61,462 nt of DNA from positions 1-61,462 of IMG/VR virus record IMGVR_UViG_3300017774_002380; one strand, given 5' to 3'. A program made the position numbers and the translations under genes. Of the stretch, positions 45,801-53,916 are shown piece by piece. The stretch is from a virus. Its lineage: Duplodnaviria > Caudoviricetes. The notes beneath the pieces are model-generated. The model was not told the DNA's origin and did not search any database. It was given only the letters and a program-made list of their open reading frames with translations. How positions within the stretch are numbered: the stretch's first letter is position 1; each line of letters opens with the position of its first letter.

Positions 45801-48097
45801 CCTAGTCCAAAAGCCGTCCAAAGAAGACCTTCTCCAATCACCTGAGCCATCTGCTCTCCATCTTGCGAGTCAATGATTCCAGTAGCTAGTCCAACAAGCG
45901 TTGGCTCGACTCCAGCTTTTATAAGTTCTCCAGTATTGTTGATGATGTTGTCTGCTTTGCGTCCTCCAAATTGCAGAATCCTTTCAGCAACACTCCCCTT
46001 GGCGATATTTGCTGCCGCTGTAGCTTCACCAGCAGCGCCTGCCTTTGCTGCAGAAGCCTCACGCGCCATCTTTGACATCGTTTCAAAGCGCCCAACGCGC
46101 CCTCCTGCAGATGCGCGGCCAGCTTCCAAGTACGCTCTCAAAGAGCCGGGCGCTGACTTTACAGCCCTGCCTCCCAAAGCCCCTAATACAATGCCTGTAA
46201 GACCTTGATTCTCGCTTGAGGCCATGTACCCCACTCCCGCTCCTGCAGCATACGGGGCAACTCCCTGAAGCGCCTTGATGAACTTGCTCTCTTTATAGGC
46301 AGCTTCAGCTTGCTTGAGTGTCTCATCAACGTAGGTTGCCACTTTCTCTGTTCGCGAAACCTTTTGTTTTGCTTCAAGCGCTGCTCTTGCTTTTTTGCTT
46401 TGAGCCATACGCTCGGCCCTTTGCAGAACGGCAAGCTGTTTTTCTGTCAGTCCTGCAGTCCGCATTGCGCGAATAACTTTAGGAGTAAGCTGCGCTCCAG
46501 CGCTTACCAAGGCGCTGCCATAACCAAATGGCCCCATAGCCATAGATTGCGGAAGCGTCAGATCTCCAGCAGCAACAATGTTCGGATTAAGCTCCCACAG
46601 TTCCTGTTTTTGCTCATCGATTAGCTCGCGAGCGCCCTCTTTTCTTGATTCGATATCACGATTGCGGACATTTGTAGCTTCTTCTTTGGAATACCCGTAG
46701 TCCTCCATGTATTGCTCAACACTTGGAATATCGTATTGAGCGAGAGACTCAATAACGGGAGTTAGAGCGTCCAAATATCTAGCATATGGGGTGGGATTTT
46801 TGTTCTCGTAGAACAGCCTTGCTCCATTAAATAAACTTCTGGCTCGGAAGTTCTGAAAACTTTTTTCTCTGCTGCCCCACGGCATAGCTTCATTCAATAG
46901 ATCAAATGCTTCAATTCCCCCCGCATTGACTTTTTGCCCAACCGCTGCGACTTGATACGGCTGATCTACAGCGGAAGACACATATGCTGGAAGGATGGCT
47001 TTTGCCGTTTGTACGATGTTTTCTTTTTTCTTTAAGATCTCTTCTCTTTGCTCTGGAGAATATTCCTGAAGAACTATTTCTAATAGTTTTTGCTCAGAGT
47101 AAGTTGGATCAAGTTCTGCCGCTCTGATTTTTTCCTGAACTACTTTTTTACGGTCTTCAGGAAGCTGAAAAATAAGCTGGTTTGCCAAGCCCTGATCAGT
47201 TCCAGACGCAAAAGCGTTCATGTAACCTACTGTTGCTTCTACCCCGCCCGTTGCAGCGCTTAGTCCAAAATCTGCCACTGAAGAGGCCGCTGTTCCTGCT
47301 AATCCAGCAGCAGCAGGGAAAATATTCAGCCAGCTTGCCTCATCTCTCGGAACAGTGGCCTTTGTGGGGCGACGATATTCAAAAACTTTGCGGTCTAAAT
47401 CTTCGCTGAAGATGATGTCTTCTCGTTGATTTTTAACCTGAGATAATTCCTCTGGATTCAAAGAGTTAAGCATCTCCTGTTCTTGTGGAGACAGGTCAAA
47501 CCCCTGCTTCTCTCTGACCAGATACAGGAAAATGTCTGGTTGTTTGGTTGGCAATTTTTCTGAAGGCGCTGGCTCTTCTTTTGGAGCCTCTCCAATAATC
47601 TTAGGGGATTTAAGAGGCGCTTTCTCCTCTCCAAGCAGCCATGCCATTACTCCCTGATCAGGTGCGCGGAATTCAGCGCCCTTAAACATTTCATCAGCAG
47701 TTACCTTGGGCTTTTGGGGGGCCATTCCAGCGTATTCCATGTACGCCGCATCTTGATTAGCTGCCTCTTCTGGCTTTTGTGGTTCAGGTTTTGGAGCGGG
47801 AGCATATGACTTTGGCGGAACATATGCTCCAGTTACTCCTCCAAGCTGAGCCATAGGCTTTGCAGCCTTATCAATATTAGGAAGAGGAGGAGGGGTTACT
47901 CCTTTAGCTGCCTCGGTGAGGGGTATCGCAACAGTTCTTTTTTCAGCAACAACTGGAGGAAGCGCCATCCGTTCTCGCTCCAAAACGTCTTCCGCCTCAG
48001 CAAGGATTTGCTCTGCAGAATTTAACGTAGGAGACGGCTTTTTCTCTTTTTCAAGAGCCTCCTCTGCCTCCCGCAAGATCTCTTCGGCTGTTACCAT
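36875..48097 (-). CDS. Giant polyvalent internal virion/ejection protein (HExxH zincin, GNAT, three ADP-ribosyltransferase-like modules)
   Basis: 3740 aa. AHEAGH; ERGKGLAS...LFDWYARNGF; WWHGT, LYHGT and GFHGT modules each ending in IP[LI]SQRF. Last large gene of the ejection cluster. Confidence 0.8.
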   Translation of the reverse strand: MVTAEEILREAEEALEKEKKPSPTLNSAEQILAEAEDVLERERMALPPVVAEKRTVAIPLTEAAKGVTPPPLPNIDKAAKPMAQLGGVTGAYVPPKSYAPAPKPEPQKPEEAANQDAAYMEYAGMAPQKPKVTADEMFKGAEFRAPDQGVMAWLLGEEKAPLKSPKIIGEAPKEEPAPSEKLPTKQPDIFLYLVREKQGFDLSPQEQEMLNSLNPEELSQVKNQREDIIFSEDLDRKVFEYRRPTKATVPRDEASWLNIFPAAAGLAGTAASSVADFGLSAATGGVEATVGYMNAFASGTDQGLANQLIFQLPEDRKKVVQEKIRAAELDPTYSEQKLLEIVLQEYSPEQREEILKKKENIVQTAKAILPAYVSSAVDQPYQVAAVGQKVNAGGIEAFDLLNEAMPWGSREKSFQNFRARSLFNGARLFYENKNPTPYARYLDALTPVIESLAQYDIPSVEQYMEDYGYSKEEATNVRNRDIESRKEGARELIDEQKQELWELNPNIVAAGDLTLPQSMAMGPFGYGSALVSAGAQLTPKVIRAMRTAGLTEKQLAVLQRAERMAQSKKARAALEAKQKVSRTEKVATYVDETLKQAEAAYKESKFIKALQGVAPYAAGAGVGYMASSENQGLTGIVLGALGGRAVKSAPGSLRAYLEAGRASAGGRVGRFETMSKMAREASAAKAGAAGEATAAANIAKGSVAERILQFGGRKADNIINNTGELIKAGVEPTLVGLATGIIDSQDGEQMAQVIGEGLLWTAFGLGQNRVKNKILGTSDPVLESRRRREQDVDILKFRQTLPAEDRATLDGKLTSWETAIAAQRQSAEAAKRRYAEKKAELEALDKEPAETTPAAKAEFKVQEFVGPDGKKYLRRDFGPETKAQKRTRLKEEMKDASLAAQANEVAANRMRRAGVQTQNEYGRQFMSTVARFNELANGGASKGQNNVNLRILTSQQIRNHLLKKYPNAMTDPSVMAAIDMAASQTGFYDAPTTTEYRPGMTPTDRQNVGVRMDDLKPSIVINADEVVKRANSLGRTPIEEFAHEAGHLLGDIPEFRDLTEPARRKLFRQDFKDAQGNVIASTDGVYSDADLTEMFVTKYLEGASPDFVASMMTRFAAEQPGINKYGLDEARVAKYMQDEIMSDLAGGSISRLFGNSKGDIRRQVIQNALTFFKMGEFRNMVRTLRSGLAGYGIGSRLTFSPELQAMADKALRELEDLQGQISSPIQGEAAPKITKLELSKTKNRGILERFGWMQPVVKREVVAVVQGPDGKVIGEPQIINDLMVYEGEWGVSDAGVASIGQTYGPIASEVNTAGLPVGSKITIRGRVATNPDGSPKWTGPLEARKLAKLRKRYINEALDTPDYGAPNRFDPTKAGGETYRGTLSDMQIEAIKNLPESIIPKRLKEYFLQMNDVIRRGKGERVLIDYAPMMNDKGEYVAFSPKIYDLVPIGLMMSKAGNLLVVTVSAGRLFGKLDAWAERMPLRLQLWQGSKQAFYTQFAQSFLDNLSKGLRGSGYDESGNISVKKDADGNIIAQAKPLDADPKVAEKKRDIFNDFLNLFDKETEGANPDRTQTPRRKGDPKGLDFDRTIMSVRIDHIAELAESGFEPLPISYGLVKKNFLPRREIDAGRQNVFDQEAPEKLYTAGQQQYLPSRYSGDPVSMVEFDGTYKGIEGKFLAKIRVVAGLDGKGAFVPDLYFDGGSAKDSQLLTKPASKTFEQAHADLDKMFRDNNLPIDEFEAIEAPVVGTDRKGYEAGAWENILKANGFERLIPSLEDQLDEQEARENAKTPSFRDMESSKNLLDDALNTRWIINFANGEKAIEYGYNKEAIVNLMKSRYGEQQWIEWVDSIDRLTDANNPQSEQGFLPSRRFERPEDLPEDDVLRRKDRFEEGALDLVNMRIGGNPIINMSGFDRSFHLTTIARRILDDFEPDVYMRLYRRFIEKLENGQVEGMAPEQAAERAASLQKNIELNKTAMSYMMDLFSDLAASLPDISAKDKRTGDNVDPFMVLKGNFDGGMKRPIDEVLLDMSNVMAAVHPPAGTFPDGYNPGYSPNNDILNAAQVMSDFVDISPETMDTLYMRTMGKTERQAERDEAKAMSQLLNPEFNDVTDMGGGIKLVKPIEPPKDEEGGVEQKFLPKRIKLAAKETTGEDAKKSWEDLVSKEGWFYFGNGFMARTYPEGNVTLEFRPSSDNTWRLSFITTPEAERGKGLASRVLKEITDEADAKGIKMTLDVDPQDEGGLSTDQLFDWYARNGFERVPYTMQDSSREVQLSDSMERIPKSTKEDEKPLRIVSAAIRNEKTGKIYTGIAHPLIYEQLPASAFKGVPKGSEPDYFSGEGWNSPEGMTDGFVDEAGKFYDREDALIQAQKAKQYTPTDRYDDRLEASALEAQEKKRLDSSDPNARFLPQRITPELDAEYLNLSKEPEKNRTKLQQLVDDAARAAGYTVMDWWHGTKKAFNEFKATRYADGLIFFSKSRDFSENWAKNRKPSDEVLQRIEAVKKESNKLVNQLFEQDERFGPNVRKWGENTPEMDAAAQEYLEAGRQFERDNLDGMTWLEAEREMGTRLVRAYLKTDKIFNPAEDYRDVLPALLKRLGVDSESEITKDTMDLVKKGGYLIWEDKPLADAVFKKYDAMMIQEDSTGPMDTISVRDPSLIKLADPITRDDQGNVIPLSQRFNQNTTDIRYLPAKKLDANYADLEAKYKKGDESAKEEAQKLIDEKAKTSGWGSDDTLYHGTTHNFTVFDTVNSNVENDLGKGFYFTSNLNDAEKNYAGEGPDLTSRIERKAEEIFDNRLVQSKTIEEVQNFAEENGIDFRSLKVEPYGSLPVDSLTSIKHSLAKAVAQKQLSGGGQQTLRTYVRLENPAILGGENESRLEYNYDEQTDTESGSAIKMIEAIRNVVPQFTFGDSSEKVVRSLLEDGDLDGMPLSKAVELLKNSEALQDAVDENGDSAVGEVVRQILQEVGYDGIIDNTVDTKFGSQRKLGRQMEGMTPDTYHVIAFEPNQIKSAEPFTYDNEGKLIPLSQRFNRENPDVRFLPERNLPVEGSPKSRDPRISDVAAEAISKNLRFGVDQVPFDVKMPEGWTLEGDIYVPPQTATPDARFLPKRITPKQDANYLKLAEDPEANQDKLQKIVDKAAKDAGYNIKGFHGTYKNNQFRVFDDLNASPEIREWLSTHPQAGYVMTPPGQGWNPEGIHIGTEQQAKTVLELRGVEEDNGVIIPLYAKANYIKRVKDGGSWRPIIAKAIKEGYDGLVYKNDFEGKGDSYILFNDYQVKRADPVTYDVDGSVIPISQRFDVQNPDMNFLPKRKNPPVADFTIAKTGVVKLPKKVPARGFFYAGLIDDTGTEILVKVDPTRVVNPVVKDLSDISGKRVGMVQADRHHTLGKDMGGPMHEFLKSNQETVMGPDGILYKPVWGNLGLGPVNGMRNRLPNVDDGYHIVQIMADDAHRSNIAFGTDYIKEVDAFDKAGKLEPWVKDLAHVLLEVGNLRAQKIKAATRRGAKNRIRAEKGEDPIPAPVNTPEEDAIIAFNRALTPIKNRVSKNDPQLLATAKKEALRVYNEHKNKPWFKRLLKLGSNKNFLQEFLGYSFTARGEATKSVSGIPDLPNVVNALQDSEDMINATTGQAVAIIQLSANPQAFALYFGKNPKQEAAMTPAEKKMRDKLLKNPKFKIHPSYPWVMLGPANGNNFLIKTPTHLRKLFPNYEKQHKKLAANAKKGKPVTDNDVVGSMLKTPLPEIKIP

Positions 48098-48098
48098 G

Positions 48099-49880
48099 TT
48101 AGTCTACGGCGATTGCTTGTTCTTCTTCTGCTTGCAGGGTTTTTTTCTGATCTATTAATCTTTTTAGTTCTTCAAATTTTGAATCATATTCTTCTGTTCC
48201 CTTTTGAAGGCTCGTCATTTCAGCAAGTTTTGCCTTGATTTTTGATTCAGCCTGTCCAAGAGGATCAGAAGTCTCATAGTCTGTAATGACCAGTTCTGGA
48301 CGCGCATTGCTTGCATTTGCTAGGCGCGTGTACTCTGAAGCTAATTGGGCCTGCGTCTTTTTCCTTTGCACAAATAAAGACTTTCCTTGCGCTACAAAGC
48401 TATTTCTTTGATCTGGCGCGAGTCTTCCGCCATTTTTAATTCGATTGTATTCGGCCCTAATTCTATCAGGAATGCCTGCTGCGTTCTGAGCATTGGCAAA
48501 TTCTTGCTCTCGGACAACGCTGCCCGGGTCAAGTAACTTCATAAAACTAAAAATTAAAGCCAAGTCTGCAGAGCCTTGGTATGCGGGATTTTCTGCCATG
48601 CGAGCGGCGGATTGAATATTTCCCCAAGCGTCTCTTACTATTCTAAAATCTTTAGACAGATCTCTAAACTCTGAGCGTAATTTAGTTTCTTGATCTGTAT
48701 CAGGGGCAGTTGATGTTCCTTCTGCCTCTGCTTTGGTTTTTTCAAGATCCAACTTAGCTTTTTCAAGAGACAACCGCTCAGCTTCCGTTTGCGGAGCTAT
48801 TAGCTTCGGCGGCATGACCTCAAAATAAGTTTCGCCAGTTTGTTCATCAACTCTAGGAACGACTTCTGGACGCTCGTAATTCTCAGGCATTGGCATTTCG
48901 GATACTTGTCTTGCCTGATTGTAATCAGGGTACGGCCCCGGCCTAAATTCATCGGGAAACCCTGCTTTCGGAGGGGCCATCTGTGCCAATGGCGCTCCCG
49001 CCGTGCTAGGAACAAGATCACGAACCCCCTGCTGCAATTCCTGCATTTGGCGAGCGGTTTCAGAAGGGATATAAGCGACAGTAATCGGCGCTGTTCCATC
49101 TTGCCTAAGCGCTAAATTTGTAAGCGGCAGTCCCATTGCGCTTGCGGGAAGAGGCTGAGGAACTCCGCCAGCCTGAGCAGTGGCAAACTGTGCAGCCTGT
49201 TCAGGGTCAATCAGCGTGGCTCCAGCGGGTAGAACATCGCTTCCTACTGGCAATACGGGTGGAGGCGTCAGATTAAAAAGTGATCCCTCCCCTTGAACAG
49301 CAGGCAGATCCTCTTCGTCTTTTGTTGGAAGATCTGGCTCAACGGGGGGGATATCTCGTAGGTCTTCATTAAAATTTGGTTCAAGTGGATCGGTTCCGTC
49401 AAAACTTTCTTCGTCCTCAGCGTCTCCTCCCCCGCGAGAAGGCGTTGTAGGAGGTTCGCCAATCATGCGGCGGGGAGGCTTTTTATTTGCACCAACTTCC
49501 TGAAGCCGTTGTGCTGCAGATTCGCGCAAATACTGAATGCGTTTTTGCACGGCATCTGAAGAACGGGCAGACTTAATCTGTTCAATATCCAGCGCCCTGC
49601 TGTGCTTTCTTTCTTCGGCAGCTAAAGCCTGCTCCTGTTCAACATTGCTCGCAAAACCCTGCAATGCTGATGCGCCAAGATTTTTAAGAGCGCCATATGC
49701 GGCAGTGGCAGCGGCCTCTGGATTCTCGTCTCCAATCGCATAAGCCCCTGCCACGTCTCGCGAAAAATCATTTTGACCAACTACAGGCTTAAATGGAGAA
49801 AGACCCTCCAAAGCAGAGACTATTTTTGACTGCTTAGGAGTAAATGAATATCCCGCCGTTTCTGACATTAGCGCTGCCAT
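48099..49880 (-). CDS. Internal virion / ejection protein
   Basis: 593 aa. C-terminal DLALIFSFMKLLDPGSVVREQEF motif recalled from podoviral injection proteins, with an acidic Pro-rich centre. Confidence 0.7.
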   Translation of the reverse strand: MAALMSETAGYSFTPKQSKIVSALEGLSPFKPVVGQNDFSRDVAGAYAIGDENPEAAATAAYGALKNLGASALQGFASNVEQEQALAAEERKHSRALDIEQIKSARSSDAVQKRIQYLRESAAQRLQEVGANKKPPRRMIGEPPTTPSRGGGDAEDEESFDGTDPLEPNFNEDLRDIPPVEPDLPTKDEEDLPAVQGEGSLFNLTPPPVLPVGSDVLPAGATLIDPEQAAQFATAQAGGVPQPLPASAMGLPLTNLALRQDGTAPITVAYIPSETARQMQELQQGVRDLVPSTAGAPLAQMAPPKAGFPDEFRPGPYPDYNQARQVSEMPMPENYERPEVVPRVDEQTGETYFEVMPPKLIAPQTEAERLSLEKAKLDLEKTKAEAEGTSTAPDTDQETKLRSEFRDLSKDFRIVRDAWGNIQSAARMAENPAYQGSADLALIFSFMKLLDPGSVVREQEFANAQNAAGIPDRIRAEYNRIKNGGRLAPDQRNSFVAQGKSLFVQRKKTQAQLASEYTRLANASNARPELVITDYETSDPLGQAESKIKAKLAEMTSLQKGTEEYDSKFEELKRLIDQKKTLQAEEEQAIAVD

Positions 49881-49883
49881 ATT

Positions 49884-50615
49884 TTATCCTCCACCGTAAG
49901 TTAGATTTTGAGACGTAATGTTGAACCGATTGCTTCTAGCGTTTCTTCCACCAGATTCTTGATTGATGGCTGCAGCGGCGATAGCAGGGGCAACACTGCT
50001 TGGAGCCACATAAGGCATGGCAGATGACATTGCGCCACCACCAGCACCACCGACATTAGAAAGCGCCTGAAGTCGGGAAGCATTAATGTCAAACCCTCCG
50101 CCAACATTACCAATCGACGTATTTGCTAAAGCATATTTCTGACCAGCATCGGCATCTGCAGCCATTTGAGCGGCATTCATTTCGCGCAATCGACCACTTG
50201 CTTTATTAACAGAGGCATTTTGCGCTGCTGTTGCCGATTGGTTTTCAGCAGCAATCGCGGCATCTCTTTGACGCTTGGCCTCTGCATCAGCAGCCGCTTT
50301 TTTTTCTGCATCGAGTTTTGCTTGAAGAGCCTTTAGAGCTTGGTCATTGGCTGCTTGCTGCTCAGGAGATGTTCCTCCAATTATGCTAACTGTTGGTTGC
50401 CTAGGATTTACAATACTATTAATCGCTCTTCCAGCGCCCCCAAATGCATTGCCAACTGCTCTTCCTGCAGAACTAACCGCTCCTGTAACGCCTTTCCAAG
50501 CGTTACTAACTGCGCGACCAAGACTCCATCCACCTAAAAGCAAAAGCCATTCGGGACGTTCTGGAGAAAACGCAAGACAAACAGTATTGATGATAAAATC
50601 AAAAATACTGTCCAT
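49884..50615 (-). CDS. Ala/Gln/Gly-rich virion protein, paralog 3
   Basis: GGGFDINASRLQALSN and C-terminal QNLTYGGG. Confidence 0.75.
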   Translation of the reverse strand: MDSIFDFIINTVCLAFSPERPEWLLLLGGWSLGRAVSNAWKGVTGAVSSAGRAVGNAFGGAGRAINSIVNPRQPTVSIIGGTSPEQQAANDQALKALQAKLDAEKKAAADAEAKRQRDAAIAAENQSATAAQNASVNKASGRLREMNAAQMAADADAGQKYALANTSIGNVGGGFDINASRLQALSNVGGAGGGAMSSAMPYVAPSSVAPAIAAAAINQESGGRNARSNRFNITSQNLTYGGG

Positions 50616-50616
50616 T

Positions 50617-51144
50617 TTATGCTCCTCCGAATGTCAAGTTTTGCGCTTGTGGCAATCCAAAACGATTTTGCGGAGCATTTGTTCCGCCTGCTTGTGCGTT
50701 GGCAGCGATCATCCCCTGAGGGACTCCCATCGGGGCAGCACCACCTGAAGCTGCAGGGCCAGATGCATACGGCAAGCCAGCCGCAGCGCCTGCACCAGCA
50801 ACATTGCCAAGCGCCTGCATCTTAGCAGCGTTGATGTCGAATCCACCTCCGCCGCCCAATCCAGACGTTGCCATGCTTTGGCGTTGTGCCGATTGCGCGT
50901 CTTGCAATTGTTGTGAAGTCTGCAGTCCGCTCAGCGAGCGTTGTGCCTGTTGAACAGAATTAAGCTGCTGCCCTCGCGCCTGATCGTCTTCGGCTTGAAT
51001 TTTGATTTGCCGTTGACGCTCTGCTTCAGCCCTTGCCGCCGCCGCTGCCGCAGCAGCTTGTTGGGCCTGCATTTGTTGAAGCATTGCGTTCGTATTAGAA
51101 GCGCCTCCGCCTCCGCCTCCTCTTTGTCTTCCTCCGCCTCCCAT
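50617..51144 (-). CDS. Ala/Gln/Gly-rich virion protein, paralog 2
   Basis: Starts MGGGG. GGGFDINAAKMQALGN and C-terminal QNLTFGGA. Confidence 0.75.
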   Translation of the reverse strand: MGGGGRQRGGGGGGASNTNAMLQQMQAQQAAAAAAAARAEAERQRQIKIQAEDDQARGQQLNSVQQAQRSLSGLQTSQQLQDAQSAQRQSMATSGLGGGGGFDINAAKMQALGNVAGAGAAAGLPYASGPAASGGAAPMGVPQGMIAANAQAGGTNAPQNRFGLPQAQNLTFGGA

Positions 51145-51145
51145 A

Positions 51146-51682
51146 TTATGCTCCTCCAAAGGTTAGTTTTTGTGCGTTTGGCAGGGTAAAAACATTCGTT
51201 TTTTGATTGCTTCCACCAGCGCCAGTATTAAGCGAAGCAGCAGTAGTAAGCGCTGGATTAATGAGCGCTGGATTTGCCGCAAGATTTGCTGCCGTTGAGG
51301 GGAGCGTAGTTGAAGCAGCGCCCAAGTTAGCCAAAGCGGCATTCCTAGAAGCGTTGATATCAAATCCTCCGCCAGTTGCCGCCATTCCAGCGGCTTCTTG
51401 CTCTTGTTTATACCTATTGAGCGCTGCAGAATCAGCCAAACCCTGTGTGGATTCCATTCTGCTGAGCGTATCAGCAGCGTTTTGCGTCGATTGTTGCATA
51501 CGTTGTTCTGCGCTGCGATTTTCCGCAGTAATTGCAGCTTCACGCTGTGCTTTTTCAGCAGCAGCAGCGGCCTCTTTTGCTGCGGCAATTTGCTGCTGCA
51601 TCATCTGCTGCATCATAGCTGCCGAATTGTCAGCAGGCATACTATATGTAATGTTGCCGCCTCCTCCGAATAGTCCTCCCAT
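51146..51682 (-). CDS. Ala/Gln/Gly-rich virion protein, paralog 1
   Basis: Starts MGGLFGG. GGGFDINASRNAALAN and C-terminal QKLTFGGA. Confidence 0.75.
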   Translation of the reverse strand: MGGLFGGGGNITYSMPADNSAAMMQQMMQQQIAAAKEAAAAAEKAQREAAITAENRSAEQRMQQSTQNAADTLSRMESTQGLADSAALNRYKQEQEAAGMAATGGGFDINASRNAALANLGAASTTLPSTAANLAANPALINPALTTAASLNTGAGGSNQKTNVFTLPNAQKLTFGGA

Positions 51683-51747
51683 AATTTTATCCTCCGTTTT
51701 GTTAGTTGTTATGCTTTCTTGAAAGTTTTCCCAAGAAAAATGTTAGG

Positions 51748-52662
51748 TTATGCTGTCATTTGTGTAATTCCTGACATTGTTTGATCAAATCCTTTGCCAA
51801 AACCTGAGCTTCCTCCTGTTTTGGCTTTATAAATCGGCCCATCAACCGCGCCATCAAGCCCTCCAAAAATCGATCCGAATAAAGCGCCATATGCAGATCC
51901 TTTCGGCCCGGCGAGAGATCCGCCCGTCCATCCCTCAGATCCGCCAATGCTTATACCCTTGAGCGCCCGATCTATCCAAGGGGTTCCTGTTTTTACTCCG
52001 CCAAGGCTTTTCAATGCCATCGGAACAACCGCGCCCATAGCGCCAGAAGCTATGTTCCCGCCACCCCCGCCAATGCTATTCATAGCCCCCGTCATTCCTC
52101 CGCCTGCAGCCGCTCCAGACGCAGCTTTTGCCGTTCCAGCACCACTGGTAACTCCTTTTCCTCCGCCTAATAGCCCACCAAGTCCTCCAGATCCCCCTCC
52201 TGATCCACCCATCATTGACATTGCTGCAGGAATCGCCGCCGACAGGATGTCTGTTCCTGCCCCCATCGCGGCACTTCCAGCGGCATCACCATTGTCTGCT
52301 GCCACTTGATAGTTTTCGGGATTGTCAGGAGAGAAATTAAATCCGTTTTGCTCGCGCTCGCTCTGACTTTGCATGGAATTCCACTGTGATGCAGCAGAAG
52401 ATTGGCGCTGAGACGTAATTGCACGGGAAAATCTATCCGTAGAGGATGTTCCAAGAGCCTGTTGTGCGAGTCTCATCAGGGATTCTGAACGCTTGTCTGC
52501 TTCAGGTTGTCCGTAAAACTGTCCTTCAGACATCAAATTGGCAGCATAATTTTGACGTGCTGCTCTTTCAGATCCGACAGAAGGCGCTGCCATACGGTTG
52601 GACTTATAATCAGCCGCCGTTGGCAGAGTTGCCTTTTGAACCTGTTGATTTGATCCGCCCAT
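51748..52662 (-). CDS. Gly-rich ejection/pilot-type protein
   Basis: 304 aa from MGGSNQ, with glycine-zipper-like segments (GALFGSIFGGLDG). Confidence 0.7.
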   Translation of the reverse strand: MGGSNQQVQKATLPTAADYKSNRMAAPSVGSERAARQNYAANLMSEGQFYGQPEADKRSESLMRLAQQALGTSSTDRFSRAITSQRQSSAASQWNSMQSQSEREQNGFNFSPDNPENYQVAADNGDAAGSAAMGAGTDILSAAIPAAMSMMGGSGGGSGGLGGLLGGGKGVTSGAGTAKAASGAAAGGGMTGAMNSIGGGGGNIASGAMGAVVPMALKSLGGVKTGTPWIDRALKGISIGGSEGWTGGSLAGPKGSAYGALFGSIFGGLDGAVDGPIYKAKTGGSSGFGKGFDQTMSGITQMTA

Positions 52663-52666
52663 AATT

Positions 52667-53518
52667 TTATTTGAATTTACCTCCGCCGAAATACATGGCC
52701 CCTGCTTGCGTTGCCATTCCTCCCAAATTGCCAAGAGCATCAGTCATTGCTGCCTGTTGGGCATTTCGCGCTGCGGCATTCTGAGCAGCGCCTTGGTAAA
52801 GCATTTGTTGATAGGCTTGTTGATTTGCTCTGTTGGCTTGTGAAAGACTAAGCAAATCTCCGATTCCAGTGTTGCCAAATCCTGCAGCGGATTCTCCAAG
52901 ACCTTGTGCAGCGCCAAGAAGCCCCGCCTGATAGCGTCCGATAGCTTCCTTGTTGGCGACTTCGGCAGCTTGTTTTCCAGCTATCAAAGCGCCCGGGTCA
53001 AGTCCACCCACAGGAGCGCCAAAAGCACTAGCATAGCCCTGCTGAGCAGCGATGTTCCCCAATTCAAAATCTCTTCCTGCCTGAGTTGCCATGTCAAACA
53101 AAGCAGAACGCGAAACGGTGCTGTCTGGATCAATTCCAGTAGCTGAAAGCGCGGGGATTCCTTTTGTTTTGGCCCATTCCTCCATTTGCTTTTTCCAAGC
53201 ATCTTTTGACGTTGCTTCTTGAAGTCGCTTCGGAATGTCTCGGCGCATTTGCGCTGCTTCAGGGCTTGCAAGTTCTTCGTATTTGCGGGATCTGGCAAGG
53301 TTTGCCACGCCAAGTTCTCCAGCTTCGCGGGATACTTGTTCAGGGCTAAACTCCTGCATCTGTGGCGTAATATTTGAGGCCAGCTTCAGCATATCAGCCT
53401 GATTTTTCAAAAACATCAGACCCATCTGGTTTTTCTGACCCAACAAAGCCGCTTCCATTTCCATAGAAGGACGACTGATGTAGTCTCCCGGGTTTACTGT
53501 AGCTGGTGATCCGCCCAT
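52667..53518 (-). CDS. Ejection/pilot-type protein
   Basis: 283 aa, starts MGGSP, Ala/Gln-rich with a Gly-rich hydrophobic C-terminus. Confidence 0.7.
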   Translation of the reverse strand: MGGSPATVNPGDYISRPSMEMEAALLGQKNQMGLMFLKNQADMLKLASNITPQMQEFSPEQVSREAGELGVANLARSRKYEELASPEAAQMRRDIPKRLQEATSKDAWKKQMEEWAKTKGIPALSATGIDPDSTVSRSALFDMATQAGRDFELGNIAAQQGYASAFGAPVGGLDPGALIAGKQAAEVANKEAIGRYQAGLLGAAQGLGESAAGFGNTGIGDLLSLSQANRANQQAYQQMLYQGAAQNAAARNAQQAAMTDALGNLGGMATQAGAMYFGGGKFK

Positions 53519-53522
53519 ATAA

Positions 53523-53915
53523 TTACTCCTTCGGTTCTTTGATTTCGTAGATTTCTCGGTTCAATGGGGTAAGACCTATTTTTGTCATTACCTCATTTGG
53601 AAAGTTTGGGCGCTTATCTGCTGTAGGAACTCCAATATAGGCAAGCAAGCCAGACATTTGAACGTGACTAACAAAATCATTTATCACGGAATAAACGTCT
53701 TTGGGCTTTGTATGTTCAGGATGAAATGCTGGATAAATTGTCGGAATATAAACCCAATCCGAATATCCAACAAGCCGTCCGTCCCTGTAATGACCAAGGA
53801 CATTGATATTCGGATGCTCAACAATGGTATGATCGAATTCTTGGGCAAAATCTACAGCCTCAAGGAATTCGTTGGTTCCATGTCTCAAAACTTTGTAATT
53901 TATGCGTCTATTCAT
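53523..53915 (-). CDS. Possible GNAT-fold assembly protein (T7 gp13 position)
   Basis: 130 aa. DGRLVGY and MTKIGL, located between the nozzle and ejection genes. Confidence 0.5.
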   Translation of the reverse strand: MNRRINYKVLRHGTNEFLEAVDFAQEFDHTIVEHPNINVLGHYRDGRLVGYSDWVYIPTIYPAFHPEHTKPKDVYSVINDFVSHVQMSGLLAYIGVPTADKRPNFPNEVMTKIGLTPLNREIYEIKEPKE

Positions 53916-53916
53916 G

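Noticed and set aside
36875-48097. Virion RNA polymerase (N4- or crAss-like), suggested by size and hairpin promoters
   Set aside because: I found no DxDGD/DFDID or T7-type polymerase motifs, and the recognisable modules are zincin, GNAT and ART-like. A very divergent polymerase cannot be excluded without structure prediction.
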